Assembly: GCA_049299895.1 (NCBI GenBank)
Contig: JBAQYF010000006.1
Location: 29-64,028 of the forward strand
Origin: Candidatus Altiarchaeia archaeon
Lineage (GTDB): Archaea; Altiarchaeota; Altiarchaeia; IMC4; QMZM01
Length of the DNA: 64,000 nt
Reading direction: 5' to 3'
Part shown: positions 7,344 through 16,168 of the stretch, piece by piece
Layout of the letters: every line of letters starts with the position of its first letter
How positions within the stretch are numbered: position 1 is the stretch's first letter
Made by a program: the position numbers and the translations under genes
The notes under the pieces: generated by a model
Told to the model about the DNA's origin: nothing
What the model saw: only the letters and a program-made list of their open reading frames with translations
Database searches by the model: none

Positions 7344-8306
7344 TCAGTCTTTTTCTTTCTTCTTCGGTTCCAGGCCGTACACTTCTTTCAATACGACTCC
7401 AAAGGCGTTTGCGAACTCTTTCGGGAATTCGCGGAATCCTTTTTCTATGCTGGAGTTGAGGCTGCCGTATTTGACTTCCAATATGGAAAAATCTGTATCT
7501 ATTATATCATAATTGATGTTGGATGCCGTGTTCTTCAGATCCGTTAAGGCGCTGATCCCCTCGTCCAGCCTTGCCCCAAGCTCATCCGTGTCTCTGGCAA
7601 GGACGAAGTCGTCTCTCTCCTCGACTATGGCGTTTTTTATCTCCTTCCTGTAAACACTTGGGTCAACGGGAGTTATTTTTTTAAGGACGTAAGAAGTTTT
7701 CCCGGAGTCTAATGCTTTCAGACGCCTCAAAATCGCTTTCTTCTTTTCAAGCAGAGGAATCGCCCTGGCCTTCTTCTCGTCGAGGTCCCCGGAAATAAGG
7801 ATGCCGTCGAGCACATCAATCGTTTCGGACAATTGGTTTACCAATCTCTGTCTCACGTTCTCAGACTCTACTTCCTTAGAGATCAAACCATTAATATCCT
7901 TCTGGAAACCTATGATCTCCCCCGGCCTGCCTTTGCATACAGCAAGAACGCTTTCGTCGTAGTTCTGGAGGTTTAGGACAAAGCCGCGCAGCTTATGGGA
8001 TTTTGCAATCGATCTGATCTTAGACCTAAAAACGACCCCTTTAACAATTCCATCGAAGAGGAAAGCCTTGGAAACCAATTCTGCCATTTTCTCATTAAAA
8101 AATAGGATGAAAAAGGTTAAAAATGCGTTTAAGAAGGTATTCCGGGCAAAAAAGGATTGATAAGGGGAGTTATGGTCATACACAGACGGCGTCTGGAGTT
8201 TCTTCAGGACGATCGCCCACTCCGAAGACCGTGAATCTGAGACCGCCCTATAGGCCCAAACTCTTTCGAATGCAAGGGGGATGAGGATCTGGTCCTTCGA
8301 GGACAT
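7344..8306 (-). CDS. Hypothetical protein: acylphosphatase-like domain plus helical C-terminal region (true start may be ATG 8087)
   Basis: From M74: FLFDGIVKGVVFRSKIRSIAKSHKLRGFVLNLQNYDESVLAVCKG approximates the acylphosphatase signatures. The first ~45 codons (MSSKDQILIPLAFER..WAIVLKKLQTPS) and the upstream DNA are homologous to the AbrB antitoxin locus at 3830..4030. The 5' part therefore looks like a fused antitoxin remnant. Confidence 0.5.
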   Translation of the reverse strand: MSSKDQILIPLAFERVWAYRAVSDSRSSEWAIVLKKLQTPSVYDHNSPYQSFFARNTFLNAFLTFFILFFNEKMAELVSKAFLFDGIVKGVVFRSKIRSIAKSHKLRGFVLNLQNYDESVLAVCKGRPGEIIGFQKDINGLISKEVESENVRQRLVNQLSETIDVLDGILISGDLDEKKARAIPLLEKKKAILRRLKALDSGKTSYVLKKITPVDPSVYRKEIKNAIVEERDDFVLARDTDELGARLDEGISALTDLKNTASNINYDIIDTDFSILEVKYGSLNSSIEKGFREFPKEFANAFGVVLKEVYGLEPKKKEKD

Positions 8307-8587
8307 GGTGGTGAGGGGGAGATTTGAGATGGTAAGAACGGCTTACATGAGGATAATAAATGGAGGGAGATAAAAGAGATGAATTGGTTAGCACCTTCTC
8401 TGCACGCTTCTGGGCACGTCATAGCAGCGGCTAGTACAGAATAAGTATTAGTCATTTCGTGGAAACATCATTTTCATCTTCTTTTTGGACGAGGCGATGT
8501 AATTTATTTAAAGGATATTATATCATATTGAAAGTTATTTAGATTAGTGTTATAACTTGTAGATAAAACTATCTTGTAACCCACAAT

Positions 8588-11134
8588 ATGGTTTCAACAG
8601 ATAAACAGTTATGGAATGAACTTGAAGTTGATTATACAAAAATTACTAAGGAGTGGGAAAAGAAATATAAAAAAACCTGTAAAAGAATTCTAAACAAACG
8701 ATTTGATGAAAAGGATATTGATGAAATTGCAGAATCTTTTGGGATAACTATTGTTGGCCCAAATAAACCGGGCAAGGTTGATGAAATTATTAATTTAGAA
8801 TTTGGAAAGACCGTATGGATGTTATATGAATTTCAAAAAACCAAAATTTTAGTTATTGAAGAATTTTGTTCTAGCGCTACGGTACAAACTAGACTACCTG
8901 AATTAGCATTAAAAGAAACAATAATGGGACAAATATCCTTGATGTTTGTAGAACGAAAAGAATTAATCCGGGAAATATATGTGCTTAATAATAGAAGAAA
9001 TTTAAAATCAATTAAATATCACAAATCTGTGATACCAATTACAACGCAGCACATAGACACAATAATACAAAACAAAAACAGGCTAATTAAATTTCTTAAC
9101 AAAAGAGATAAGGAAAATTATAAATGGAAATTTTATTTAAAGACAACCATTAATAACACTGTTTTACTGATGTTTCTAAGACAAATCAATGATAAACTAG
9201 AACGGGAAATAGATCGACCCAAAAGGAAAAAAACAACGTTAAAGTGCTTCATTGAATTTCATCTTGGGGAAAAAGATATCCAGATTTTATGCTCAAGGTA
9301 TGTTGATTGGAAATCTTTAGAAAAAGGTGTCGAGAAAATATTGTTCCAGATTCCGCAAGTTGAAGAATGCTTCAATGACTTTGAAAATACCTTGTACCGG
9401 CAATTTAAGGATAATCTATGCTCAGAAGAGGCTCAATCTGAAATAAAGATAGTTGAGATTACATTCCCTAGAAGTGAACTGAATGGCTTACCTAGATTAC
9501 ATTTGACGGACATAACGAGAAATCAGGGATTAGCCAACTCATTACAAACACTAATGGATGAAGAGAAAATCAAGATTTTTACTCTGAGAGACATTTCATC
9601 ACTAAAAATACGATATGATAATAGAACTAAGTCAATACAAGTCAATTCTATTGGACCTGGTTTGGTAGAACTTGATTTAGACACTAGAGGTTTGGATCAA
9701 GAAGAAATCAACGCACTAAAAGAAAAATTTAAAGAGGTATTTGGTTTCCCATTATGCCATCCTGTAGCTCAACCTCACAATAAGCAGGATTTAGAAAGAC
9801 TGCTATCCAATATTTTCTCAAGACAAGAAGTGTTTAATCCACAGGAATATGAGTTAAAAATTATCTCCAAGCTAATTGAATTAGATTTAATTACCTGTCA
9901 AGAACGCTATTATTGTGTTTGTACTGCAGATCCAATCCATCATAAAGACGAATATTCTAATCCAGATGAAGAAAGATGTTATTCATGTCATGCAAGAATT
10001 GAACCCGTCAAGAAAGTACTTAAACCCCTTTCTTCCGAACCCAAAATTAGCTCGTTTATAAAAAACATTCTATTAAGAGAGGGGATTTCTGCAAGAGAAC
10101 CGATTTACAAACATAAGGGAGAAATCAAGTTGATTTCAACGACATATAAAAATCGTCCCTGTTACTTTTATGTAAACTGCAAACCTTTGCCTACAAAAAT
10201 TATTAGCTTTTTTAAAGCTTCCGGGTTACCCATAATATTCATAAATGTTGGATCTGGAAGACTGAGTAAAAAAGTCCAGGAATATAATATGTTCAAACCT
10301 GTCGACCTTAATTATTTAATTATTTCTACATTTGAGGATAATCTACCACCCAGTTACTTTAGTGAATTAGTAAAAGAGAGAATCGATCTTCTTTATTCTA
10401 ACATAGTTGGAGCTGGAGAAAGTTCTTACAACCGACTTAATGAATATCTATCTGGTGGAGTTGGATATGATAGACAAAAACTTGAAGATGATTCCTTTAA
10501 TTTGTTAAGGATGATTTTTCCAAATTCTCAGAAATGGGGCAAAGAATATTCTAGTAAGCCATTACCAGATGGTGTTGGAGGACTAAGTATAAATGGAACT
10601 CCCAGAGGTTGTTTCACGTGGGATTGTAAATTAGCTGAAGGCAAAGAAACCAATGGTAATTTTATTCCTCATATGTTAAACCGGGGGGAGAAGAGAGCTG
10701 GACGAGAGTATATCAAACGGTTATGTGAAAATAAAGAGATTACTCAGTATCATTCATCAAAAAAATTAGATGCATTTATTATAATTTCGAATTGTATGAA
10801 TACAACAAATTTCAACAATTATGCAAAGCATCTTTCAAAAACAGAGTTTTATTTGCAAAGCAAGAAGAAATGGAAAGGCAAAGTAATTTATATTTCAACA
10901 AAAACCTTATTGCATCTTTACCGGAAATACCAAGCTGAGTTTTCTAGGCCAGAATTGAATCAAGAGACCTTAGATCAAAAAATTTCATCTTTATTCTTAA
11001 AGAAAAATAGATTGCCAAAAAAGATATACTATGACGAGATTACCGAAGAAAAAATCGACGAAATTATTAATGATTATAGAGCATCAATTAATTCACCCCC
11101 TAATATCAATCCGAATACTTTGGTGGAGGATTAA
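8588..11134 (+). CDS. Large orphan nuclease-like protein: unknown N-terminal region, Zn-ribbon, C-terminal PD-(D/E)xK (FokI-cleavage-domain-like) module
   Basis: 848-aa ORF in an AT-rich block. CVC..x22..CYSC is a Cys4 cluster. The C-terminal region ..LEDDSFNLLRMIF..GKEYSSKPLPDGVGGL-x12-FTWDCKL..REYIKRL..AFIIISN has the order E..PD..DxK and spacing similar to the FokI catalytic domain. Confidence 0.6.
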   Translation: MVSTDKQLWNELEVDYTKITKEWEKKYKKTCKRILNKRFDEKDIDEIAESFGITIVGPNKPGKVDEIINLEFGKTVWMLYEFQKTKILVIEEFCSSATVQTRLPELALKETIMGQISLMFVERKELIREIYVLNNRRNLKSIKYHKSVIPITTQHIDTIIQNKNRLIKFLNKRDKENYKWKFYLKTTINNTVLLMFLRQINDKLEREIDRPKRKKTTLKCFIEFHLGEKDIQILCSRYVDWKSLEKGVEKILFQIPQVEECFNDFENTLYRQFKDNLCSEEAQSEIKIVEITFPRSELNGLPRLHLTDITRNQGLANSLQTLMDEEKIKIFTLRDISSLKIRYDNRTKSIQVNSIGPGLVELDLDTRGLDQEEINALKEKFKEVFGFPLCHPVAQPHNKQDLERLLSNIFSRQEVFNPQEYELKIISKLIELDLITCQERYYCVCTADPIHHKDEYSNPDEERCYSCHARIEPVKKVLKPLSSEPKISSFIKNILLREGISAREPIYKHKGEIKLISTTYKNRPCYFYVNCKPLPTKIISFFKASGLPIIFINVGSGRLSKKVQEYNMFKPVDLNYLIISTFEDNLPPSYFSELVKERIDLLYSNIVGAGESSYNRLNEYLSGGVGYDRQKLEDDSFNLLRMIFPNSQKWGKEYSSKPLPDGVGGLSINGTPRGCFTWDCKLAEGKETNGNFIPHMLNRGEKRAGREYIKRLCENKEITQYHSSKKLDAFIIISNCMNTTNFNNYAKHLSKTEFYLQSKKKWKGKVIYISTKTLLHLYRKYQAEFSRPELNQETLDQKISSLFLKKNRLPKKIYYDEITEEKIDEIINDYRASINSPPNINPNTLVED

Positions 11135-11178
11135 AAAAAAAACACATCAACCTTCGCCATAAACCGATTATACTCATT

Positions 11179-11226
11179 TCACTAAGCCATCTTTCAGACT
11201 CTTCAGTCGACTATTAGAACATCAGC
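11179..11226. repeat. DR5: decayed copy of the ABC-2 permease 3'-end repeat
   Basis: TCACTaaGCCATCTTtCagACTCTTCaGTCGACtAttAGAACATCA in the same orientation. It lies in the intergenic gap between the two AT-rich modules. Confidence 0.55.
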
Positions 11227-11330
11227 ATTGCATATATCATTATAACCACATATCTCTTAAATGATATAAGTAGTAGCCCTGAATTTAGTATAACCGCCTT
11301 ATAACCGTAGGAATTCTAAGATTCCATGAA

Positions 11331-12317
11331 TTGAAAAAGATAATTTTCCTTGATGTCGGGTGGATGAAATCGTATAGAGGACTTGGATCAGATGACACTA
11401 TTGAGGGGGGAGGGGCATTTGTTCAGGAACATGGATATGGTCATGAAATATTTAACTTTTTGCCTCTTGATGGTTATTACTATGGTTTTGTTGAAACAAA
11501 GCAAAGGAACAGTATTAGAAATAAGATAAATATAACGAAATTGGGCGCTTCTAAGACGGACGAATATATTGATGGGGTTCTAGTTATTTGGGTCGCACCA
11601 GACCCTGAGAGTGGCACGAAGATAATCGGCTGGTTTGATAATGCTAGAGTATATAGAAAGGAGCAAGAGTCAGATGACAATAGAAGACTGTTCAAAAATG
11701 AGATATTTGGATTCTTCGTGAGAGCTAAGGTGGAGAATTGTCGACTTCTTTCTCTAGATGAAAGGATTTTTAGTATACCTAGAAAACAAAAAGGAGGTTT
11801 CGGTCAATCTATGCTGTGGTATGCAGACCAACCTGAGATGGAGGAATTTGTCCAAAAAGTCGTAGACTATGTTCATACAGGTAAGGTTGAATCCCCAAAA
11901 CAAGTGTCTCCTAGATTTCACAGACAACTTGATCCTTACAAACGAATAAAAATTGAGAAGGAAGCTATCAAAGTCATTACAGAGTATTATGAGGGACTTG
12001 GGTACCAAGTAGATTCAGTTGAACAGGATAATGCGGGTTGGGATTTAGAAGCAATTAGTGGAAGTAAGGTCCTTAAACTTGAAGTAAAAGGCCTGTCGCA
12101 AGACTGCATTGTAATTGAACTAACCCCAAATGAATATGAAAAGATGAACCAGAACAGAGATAGTTATCGGATATGCGTGGTTATAAAAGCGTTATCTGAT
12201 AGCCCTGACAGAGTTATATTCTCATATTCACCTGACTCAAACTGCTGGGAAGATGATGAAGGCCGGAAATTGAAGATAAATGAGATCCATAAGGTTAGTG
12301 CACGAGGGTATATCTAA
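11331..12317 (+). CDS. DUF3883-type (PD-(D/E)xK-like) C-terminal domain protein with unknown N-terminal domain
   Basis: 328 aa, TTG start in the ORF track. The C-terminus DNAGWDLEAISGSKVLKLEVKGLSQDCIVIELTPNEYEKM..SYRICVV matches the DUF3883 pattern (G-D..EVKG...LT.NE). The N-terminal ~190 aa are unassigned. Confidence 0.6.
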   Translation: MKKIIFLDVGWMKSYRGLGSDDTIEGGGAFVQEHGYGHEIFNFLPLDGYYYGFVETKQRNSIRNKINITKLGASKTDEYIDGVLVIWVAPDPESGTKIIGWFDNARVYRKEQESDDNRRLFKNEIFGFFVRAKVENCRLLSLDERIFSIPRKQKGGFGQSMLWYADQPEMEEFVQKVVDYVHTGKVESPKQVSPRFHRQLDPYKRIKIEKEAIKVITEYYEGLGYQVDSVEQDNAGWDLEAISGSKVLKLEVKGLSQDCIVIELTPNEYEKMNQNRDSYRICVVIKALSDSPDRVIFSYSPDSNCWEDDEGRKLKINEIHKVSARGYI

Positions 12318-12466
12318 ATTTTAGATCTTCACACATATTTCCTGTTAGGAGAAAAGTAAGTTACGTTTTAACAAGGGAGATGGATTAAGATAGCTACCTT
12401 TAAGTAAGCAGTCTTCCTTTTAGGGGTTAAAGAATAGAAGTAATTGGTTGAGGTCAGACCTTTGAA

Positions 12467-13510
12467 TCATTCAATTGAAGTGGTATCTGAGACTACGGAG
12501 TCATTAAAAACTGTTTTTAGTGTTTTTATTTGATTTTCATTCAAAATGTTTCGTTCACAGTAATGGTTTTTATGAACTCGACCTAATAAGACAGGTCTGC
12601 AATCAGGTATTGTAAAATCCCGAGTATAAGCTATAACTGCACTGATATTTTCTGTGCTTGGTTCTGTAAAAGCTATACTGTCCAATTTACGTGTACCATA
12701 TTTCCTAATGCATTCACCAGTTTGGTTGTCTAAAAAAAAATTTAGTACAGGAGTTCCGTGTAAAGCCTTATCGGGGGCATATTCCTTGTCAAAATGAGAA
12801 TATCCAGTGTTAATGACAACCACTACTGGATTTTTATCATTTTTCTCTCTTTTTTTAATAATTTCAGCAATATTTTTAGCATATTTCTCAATCAACTTCT
12901 GCCCAAGAACGTCTTTTTCGGGAGGTTTTAACTTATAAGAGCTAAACCCTTCAGAGTGTACTTTTTCCTCTTCAACATCCATCCTCCAGTTAGGAGTATA
13001 AACCTCAAGATACACCAAACCACCAGCAATAAAAGCGCTTAAGTCAGGTGTCTTCCCAGTTATATCTGGCTCCAAAATGACGCAGTAACCTGATTTTTTT
13101 AGAACGGCTGCAACTTCAATCTCTGAAAGTGTGTCAAAAAATTGGTTTGGACTAGTTAATTTAGATCTCAAACGTTTAGATCCCTCAGTACCTGACTTAA
13201 TTCCAAGAATACGTAAACAGTTCTCGAGGTGATTAAGAAGCAGGTATTCAGTATGGCAATCAACTTCATCTATCATCAGTAGAAACTTCTTCATTTCTAG
13301 GTCAATCGAATCCGCTCCTTCTTCTCTAGGAAGCTTACATTTATCTAAATGCAAATTTAATAGTTTAGTGGAATCTGGAGGAAGACCCTTCAAAAAAGAT
13401 TTAATTAGGTGTTTGTCTCGTTTATCATCTAAAATCCAGTCCTCATTCACTAAATTTGTCAAGTAAGGCAACTCAGCAAGTCTGCTTTTTATTGAATCCA
13501 TATTTTCCAC
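12467..13510 (-). CDS. Hypothetical protein, possible nuclease fold
   Basis: 347-aa ORF, AT-rich. SEIEVAAVLKKSGYCVILEPDITGKTPDLSAFIAGGLVYLEVYT has E..PD..E-x-(Y) spacing reminiscent of PD-(D/E)xK, but the Lys is missing. This is a weak call. Confidence 0.45.
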   Translation of the reverse strand: MENMDSIKSRLAELPYLTNLVNEDWILDDKRDKHLIKSFLKGLPPDSTKLLNLHLDKCKLPREEGADSIDLEMKKFLLMIDEVDCHTEYLLLNHLENCLRILGIKSGTEGSKRLRSKLTSPNQFFDTLSEIEVAAVLKKSGYCVILEPDITGKTPDLSAFIAGGLVYLEVYTPNWRMDVEEEKVHSEGFSSYKLKPPEKDVLGQKLIEKYAKNIAEIIKKREKNDKNPVVVVINTGYSHFDKEYAPDKALHGTPVLNFFLDNQTGECIRKYGTRKLDSIAFTEPSTENISAVIAYTRDFTIPDCRPVLLGRVHKNHYCERNILNENQIKTLKTVFNDSVVSDTTSIE

Positions 13511-13613
13511 GCTAAATAGTCGTTAGTTAAATGTATCATTTAAAGTTATTTTCCATTAAAAGGAGCTATAAACGCATTTAGATTATATTACTCTAGGGTT
13601 CATTGATAATAAG

Positions 13614-14327
13614 ATGATATTTCCAGATCCAGTCTTATGGAAGGAACTTCAGGATAGGGTAAAAACTGTTTTCTGCGACATTGGTTTTCAAGCAGAAACC
13701 GAAATGGAGATTCAGACAGTCAGAGGAACGGTTAATATTGATGTGATTGGGTTTGATAATAAACATAAACCCGAGATTACGTATTTGTGTGAATGTAAAA
13801 ATTGGAATTCTAACGTCCCAAAAGAGAAAGTCCATGCATTTAGATCTGTGGTTGGCGATTACGGAGCTAATTTTGGCATAATAATATCAAAGAGGGGATT
13901 TCAAAAAGGTGCTAGGGAAGCTGCAAAAAAAACCAATATATCTTTACTTAACTGGACCGAGTTCCAACAAATGTTCTTTGACAGATGGTTCGATGCTAAG
14001 GTTGAGAGCTTAAGGCATTATGCAATGCCTCTCGTTGCTTACAGTGAACCGCTAAATTGCAGTCGAGATGGGGAATTTGAAAAAATCAAACCTAGCGAGC
14101 GTCAGAGAAAGGAATTTTACCGATTGATTATTGAATATTCTGGCTTCTCAATGTATTTGTCCCAACTTTATTTTGGATCTATTAAAGACACTATTTCATT
14201 CCCTCTGGAAGACAAAGAGTTAGAGATAAAAGTAGAAACCGCATCTCATTTTTTCGATGAACTACAGAAAAAATGCATAGCAGGACTAATTAAGTTTGAC
14301 ACGCTTTTTGGAAAAGAGATAAGATAA
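13614..14327 (+). CDS. Mrr-cat-type restriction endonuclease domain protein
   Basis: ..VNIDVIGFDNKHKPEITYLCECKNW...VPKEKVHAFRSVVGDYGANFGIIISKRGFQKGAREAAKKTNISLL is the Mrr_cat (D..ExK) pattern. It is followed by a ~120-aa unassigned C-terminal extension. Confidence 0.7.
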   Translation: MIFPDPVLWKELQDRVKTVFCDIGFQAETEMEIQTVRGTVNIDVIGFDNKHKPEITYLCECKNWNSNVPKEKVHAFRSVVGDYGANFGIIISKRGFQKGAREAAKKTNISLLNWTEFQQMFFDRWFDAKVESLRHYAMPLVAYSEPLNCSRDGEFEKIKPSERQRKEFYRLIIEYSGFSMYLSQLYFGSIKDTISFPLEDKELEIKVETASHFFDELQKKCIAGLIKFDTLFGKEIR

Positions 14328-14362
14328 TGCGAATAATTTTCGATAGAATAATCCGGCTTTCT

Positions 14363-14408
14363 TCACTCCGCCATCTTCCCCAGCGACACCGTCGCCCACT
14401 TGAACATC
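14363..14408. repeat. DR6: reference copy, the actual 3' end of the ABC-2 permease CDS
   Basis: TCACTCCGCCATCTTCCCCAGCGACACCGTCGCCCACTTGAACATC is the reverse complement of ...KWATVSLGKMAE-stop. Confidence 0.8.
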
Positions 14409-15124
14409 AATATCGCAAGCACCGTCATCAGCACGTATCCTTCTATGATCACATCATTCCCGTAGTTCCCCGTGAATAGCATCCGTGAAGCATCTACCGC
14501 GTACGCAAGCGGGTTCAGCTTCGCCAGGGTCTGCAGCCATGCGGGTGCGAGGATCATCGGCAGCATTATCCCCGATAGCAGCATTACGGGCATTGCGATC
14601 ATGTTTAGCGCCGGCGCGAGGCTGTCTTCTATTTTTAGGATTAGTCCGAGGGAGTATGATAGTGATGCCATTGTTATTGCTATTAGCATGTACATGGGGA
14701 GGGCCAAAAGAAAGCCCAGGAGGTTTAGTTTTAGTCCCATAGGTATTGCTATAAGGGTTATGATCAGGCATTGTGCCAGATACACTGTCACGTCTTTTAG
14801 GATCATTCCCAGTAGTATTGCGCTTCTGTTTACCGGCGTTACGAGGAATCGTTCTATTACTCCTGAGCGGATATCGTCTATTACGTTGAATCCTACGAAT
14901 ATGGGTCCGAAGATGCCGAGCATGACAAGCAGCCCTGGAATGAATACCTGTACCGTTTCTCCTTCCGGGATCCCGGGGACTGCTCCGAGGTTTTGTAGCA
15001 GGGGCATGAACAGGAAGAGGTAGAGCATGGGCATGAACAGGTTCACAAAGACGTATACGAGGTTTCTTAGCGTGTGGGTCATGTTTCGCCGGTACATGAG
15101 CATGACATCGTTTATTGCTTTCAT
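14363..15124 (-). CDS. ABC-2 type transporter permease
   Basis: 253 aa with about six hydrophobic spans. It has a 4-nt overlap with the upstream ABC ATPase gene, a DrrAB-like arrangement. Confidence 0.85.
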   Translation of the reverse strand: MKAINDVMLMYRRNMTHTLRNLVYVFVNLFMPMLYLFLFMPLLQNLGAVPGIPEGETVQVFIPGLLVMLGIFGPIFVGFNVIDDIRSGVIERFLVTPVNRSAILLGMILKDVTVYLAQCLIITLIAIPMGLKLNLLGFLLALPMYMLIAITMASLSYSLGLILKIEDSLAPALNMIAMPVMLLSGIMLPMILAPAWLQTLAKLNPLAYAVDASRMLFTGNYGNDVIIEGYVLMTVLAILMFKWATVSLGKMAE

Positions 15125-16101
15125 TCTTTGTCCTCCCGCAGCGATCGCCCGGTATATTTGAGGAATACGTCGTCTAGGCTTGGCTTGGACATGTTGACGT
15201 TCTCGACGATGAGATTCTTTGCGTCCAGGGTCCGTAAGATCTCTGGGAGTTTTCCTTCGCCGTCTTTTATGTAGAGGTGTATCGTTGTTTCCTGGCAGGT
15301 GAGGGATTCTGTTTTTATCTTTTCTTTCAGGAGATCGATTGCTTTTGCCGCGGTGTCCTGCGATGGGAAGCCCAGCTCTATTTTGTCTGCGCCTATCCCG
15401 TTTTTGAGTTCTTCAGGCGTTCCTTTAGCGATTATTTGGCCGTTGTCCATTATCGCTATCATGTCGCATAGTTTGTCTGCTTCGTCCATGTAGTGGGTGG
15501 TTAGGAATATCGTTACGCCGTCCGCTTTTAGTTTTTTTATCTCTTCCCAGAGGTATGATCTGCTCTGCGGGTCTAGGCCCGTTGTGGGTTCGTCGAGTAA
15601 TAAGAGCTTTGGCTTGTGTATCATGCCGAGGGCAACATCCAGTCTGCGCCTCTGTCCGCCGGAGTATGATGCTGCGGGCCGGTCGATGAATGAGTCCATC
15701 TGGAAGCGTTTGACGGATTCTTTTGCGTATTTTTCGGCGTTCTTTGCGTCTATCCCGTAGAGCCTTGCCTGCAATACGAGGTTCTCGTAGCCAGTGGACT
15801 GCTGGTCCGAGCCCCCGGCCTGGCTTACGTAGCCTATGTGTTTTCTTATCTCTGCCTGCTGCCTGGAGAGATCGTATCCTGCTATCTTTGCAACTCCTCC
15901 CGTAGGTGAGAGCATGGTCGAGAGCATCTTTTGCGTCGTCGACTTGCCCGCGCCGTTGGGTCCGAGGAAGCCGAATATCTCGCCATGCAGGACGGTTAGG
16001 TCTACGCCTTTTACGGCCGCAACCTCCTTTTTTCCTTCCTTGGATTTGTAGTAAAAGGTCTTCTTCAGGCCTTTTGTTTCGATGATGAGCGACGTTTCCA
16101 T
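15121..16101 (-). CDS. ABC transporter ATP-binding protein (DrrA-like)
   Basis: Walker A GPNGAGKST, signature YSGGQRRRL, Walker B LLLLDEPTTGLD. The start is placed at ATG 16101 (METSLIIETKGL..) rather than ORF start 16182. Confidence 0.9.
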   Translation of the reverse strand: METSLIIETKGLKKTFYYKSKEGKKEVAAVKGVDLTVLHGEIFGFLGPNGAGKSTTQKMLSTMLSPTGGVAKIAGYDLSRQQAEIRKHIGYVSQAGGSDQQSTGYENLVLQARLYGIDAKNAEKYAKESVKRFQMDSFIDRPAASYSGGQRRRLDVALGMIHKPKLLLLDEPTTGLDPQSRSYLWEEIKKLKADGVTIFLTTHYMDEADKLCDMIAIMDNGQIIAKGTPEELKNGIGADKIELGFPSQDTAAKAIDLLKEKIKTESLTCQETTIHLYIKDGEGKLPEILRTLDAKNLIVENVNMSKPSLDDVFLKYTGRSLREDKE

Positions 16102-16168
16102 GATGTAGGTAATAACTACGTATCTGTCTTTTAATAACGCGTATTCAAGTAATAAGAAAAACCTGAAA

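Noticed and set aside
2710-14408. Reading the DR copies as integron attC sites
   Set aside because: The repeats lack the imperfect internal inverted-repeat (R''-L''/L'-R') architecture and GTTRRRY-type cores. No integron integrase is nearby. Duplication of a gene 3' end (att-type) fits better, though a cassette-array mechanism is not excluded.
14472-15023. Long plus-strand ORFs (183 aa, 85 aa) and an alternate-frame minus ORF inside the ABC-2 permease gene
   Set aside because: These are shadow ORFs of a well-supported membrane-protein gene. Their translations are low-complexity (Ser/Arg/Pro-rich) with no motifs.
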